Below are positions 44,794 through 45,547 of a DNA stretch of 45,547 nucleotides, piece by piece; within the stretch, counting starts at the first letter, position 1, and every line of letters begins with the position of its first letter. Under the pieces are notes generated by a model, which was given only the letters and a program-made list of their open reading frames with translations, had not been told where the DNA came from and made no database searches. Source of the stretch: Minisyncoccota bacterium. GTDB taxonomy: Bacteria > Patescibacteriota > Minisyncoccia > Phycocordibacterales > UBA918. The stretch covers positions 12,410-57,956 of the forward strand of contig JBBDKG010000020.1 of assembly GCA_040879435.1 (NCBI GenBank). Reading direction: 5' to 3'. Made by a program: the position numbers and the translations under genes.

Positions 44794-45471
44794 ATGAGAG
44801 CATTAGTACAGGAAAGAGAAAAGGCAATTGCTTTGCGTAAGCAGGGGTACAGCTATAAAGAGATTCTTGCAGAGGTGCCAGTGGCAAAGAGCACCCTGTC
44901 ACTGTGGCTTGGTGACCTCCCGTTAACCAAGAATGAAAAGCTGGTACTAAAAGATCGCAAGAATGCAAATATAACTCATGGTCGCATTAAAGCTGCCTCA
45001 GAGTTGCGTAAACGTAGGCTAGAGCGAGAAGCATCATGGCTTGAGGAGGCAAGAGAAACTTTTTTTACACATAAACTTGATCCACTATTCCATACTGGGG
45101 TCGCTTTATACTGGGCGGAAGGTTCAAAACGGGTCAATCAGTGGAGTTTCATGAATTCTGATGAAGAAATGATACTTGTAATGGTCAAATGGTTGCATAG
45201 ATATGGAAAGATCAACACAAACGAGCTGTTTTTTCGTCTGTATGTCCACAAGCCATACGCACATGAAAACTGTGAAGAATGGTGGGCAAAGAAAATCGGC
45301 GTCCGAACAAATCAGTTCCTTAAGACCGTGTATAAACCAACGACGTTGGGGGTGAAGAAACGTCCTAATTATAAAGGTTGCCTGAGAATAGAGGTGCGAA
45401 AAAGCAAAGGTCTGTTATGCAAGATGCGCTTCTGGCAGAACATACTCGTTGAACATTACGCTAAAGGGTAG
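44794..45471 (+). CDS. HTH plus LAGLIDADG-like domain protein
   Basis: N-terminal HTH (AIALRKQGYSYKEI...VAKSTLSLWL), ALYWAEGSK, FMNSD, KGCLRI; more AT-rich; directly upstream of a tRNA. Confidence 0.65.
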   Translation: MRALVQEREKAIALRKQGYSYKEILAEVPVAKSTLSLWLGDLPLTKNEKLVLKDRKNANITHGRIKAASELRKRRLEREASWLEEARETFFTHKLDPLFHTGVALYWAEGSKRVNQWSFMNSDEEMILVMVKWLHRYGKINTNELFFRLYVHKPYAHENCEEWWAKKIGVRTNQFLKTVYKPTTLGVKKRPNYKGCLRIEVRKSKGLLCKMRFWQNILVEHYAKG

Positions 45472-45487
45472 TAGACTGCTCCACACT

Positions 45488-45547
45488 GCACCCGTAGCTC
45501 AACGGATAGAGCACTTGTCTTCGGAACAAGGGGTTGGGGGTTCGAGT
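45488..45547 (+). tRNA. tRNA-Arg(TCG), 3' end cut by the window edge
   Basis: GCACCCG acceptor 5' arm, GCTC/GAGC D-stem, CTTGT-CTTCGGA-ACAAG anticodon arm, GGTTCGAGT T-loop. Confidence 0.93.

Overview
This 45.5-kb window is bacterial chromosome (standard code) that spans the replication origin. Gene content and architecture point to a Patescibacteria/CPR (Parcubacteria-like) genome; this is inferred from the short yebC, rpmH-rnpA-yidC without yidD, a pilin/VirB4/PrgI/VirB6-like cluster, and an HTH+LAGLIDADG-like ORF beside a tRNA. Left to right it holds yebC-ruvC, tyrS, a class A PBP, a dciA-like gene, dnaN, oriC, dnaA, rpmH-rnpA-yidC, a 9-10 gene T4SS-like secretion cluster, rsmA, pcrA/uvrD, a LysM-M23 peptidase, pnp, NYN, rpsO, a surA-like gene, csp, a glycoside hydrolase, an ABC-F ATPase, xth, a CCA-adding enzyme and a truncated tRNA-Arg(TCG). 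The most unusual part is 38.76-43.24 kb. (i) An apparently more AT-rich run of small stand-alone cassettes is punctuated by four direct copies of a 20-bp motif (TGGGACGAMRTYGRAACTWT), each abutting the 3' end of a minus-strand cargo unit, with no recombinase in the window. (ii) One cassette seems to carry no protein but a ~325-nt structured RNA with its own promoter, terminator and group-I-intron-like core elements. (iii) A second ~390-nt structured RNA candidate with promoter, terminator, a possible pseudoknot and upstream DnaA-box-like sites lies between xth and the CCA enzyme. Many genes also look leaderless, with a -10 hexamer 6-9 nt before the ATG. All product calls come from motif recognition by eye; no database searches or folding programs were run.
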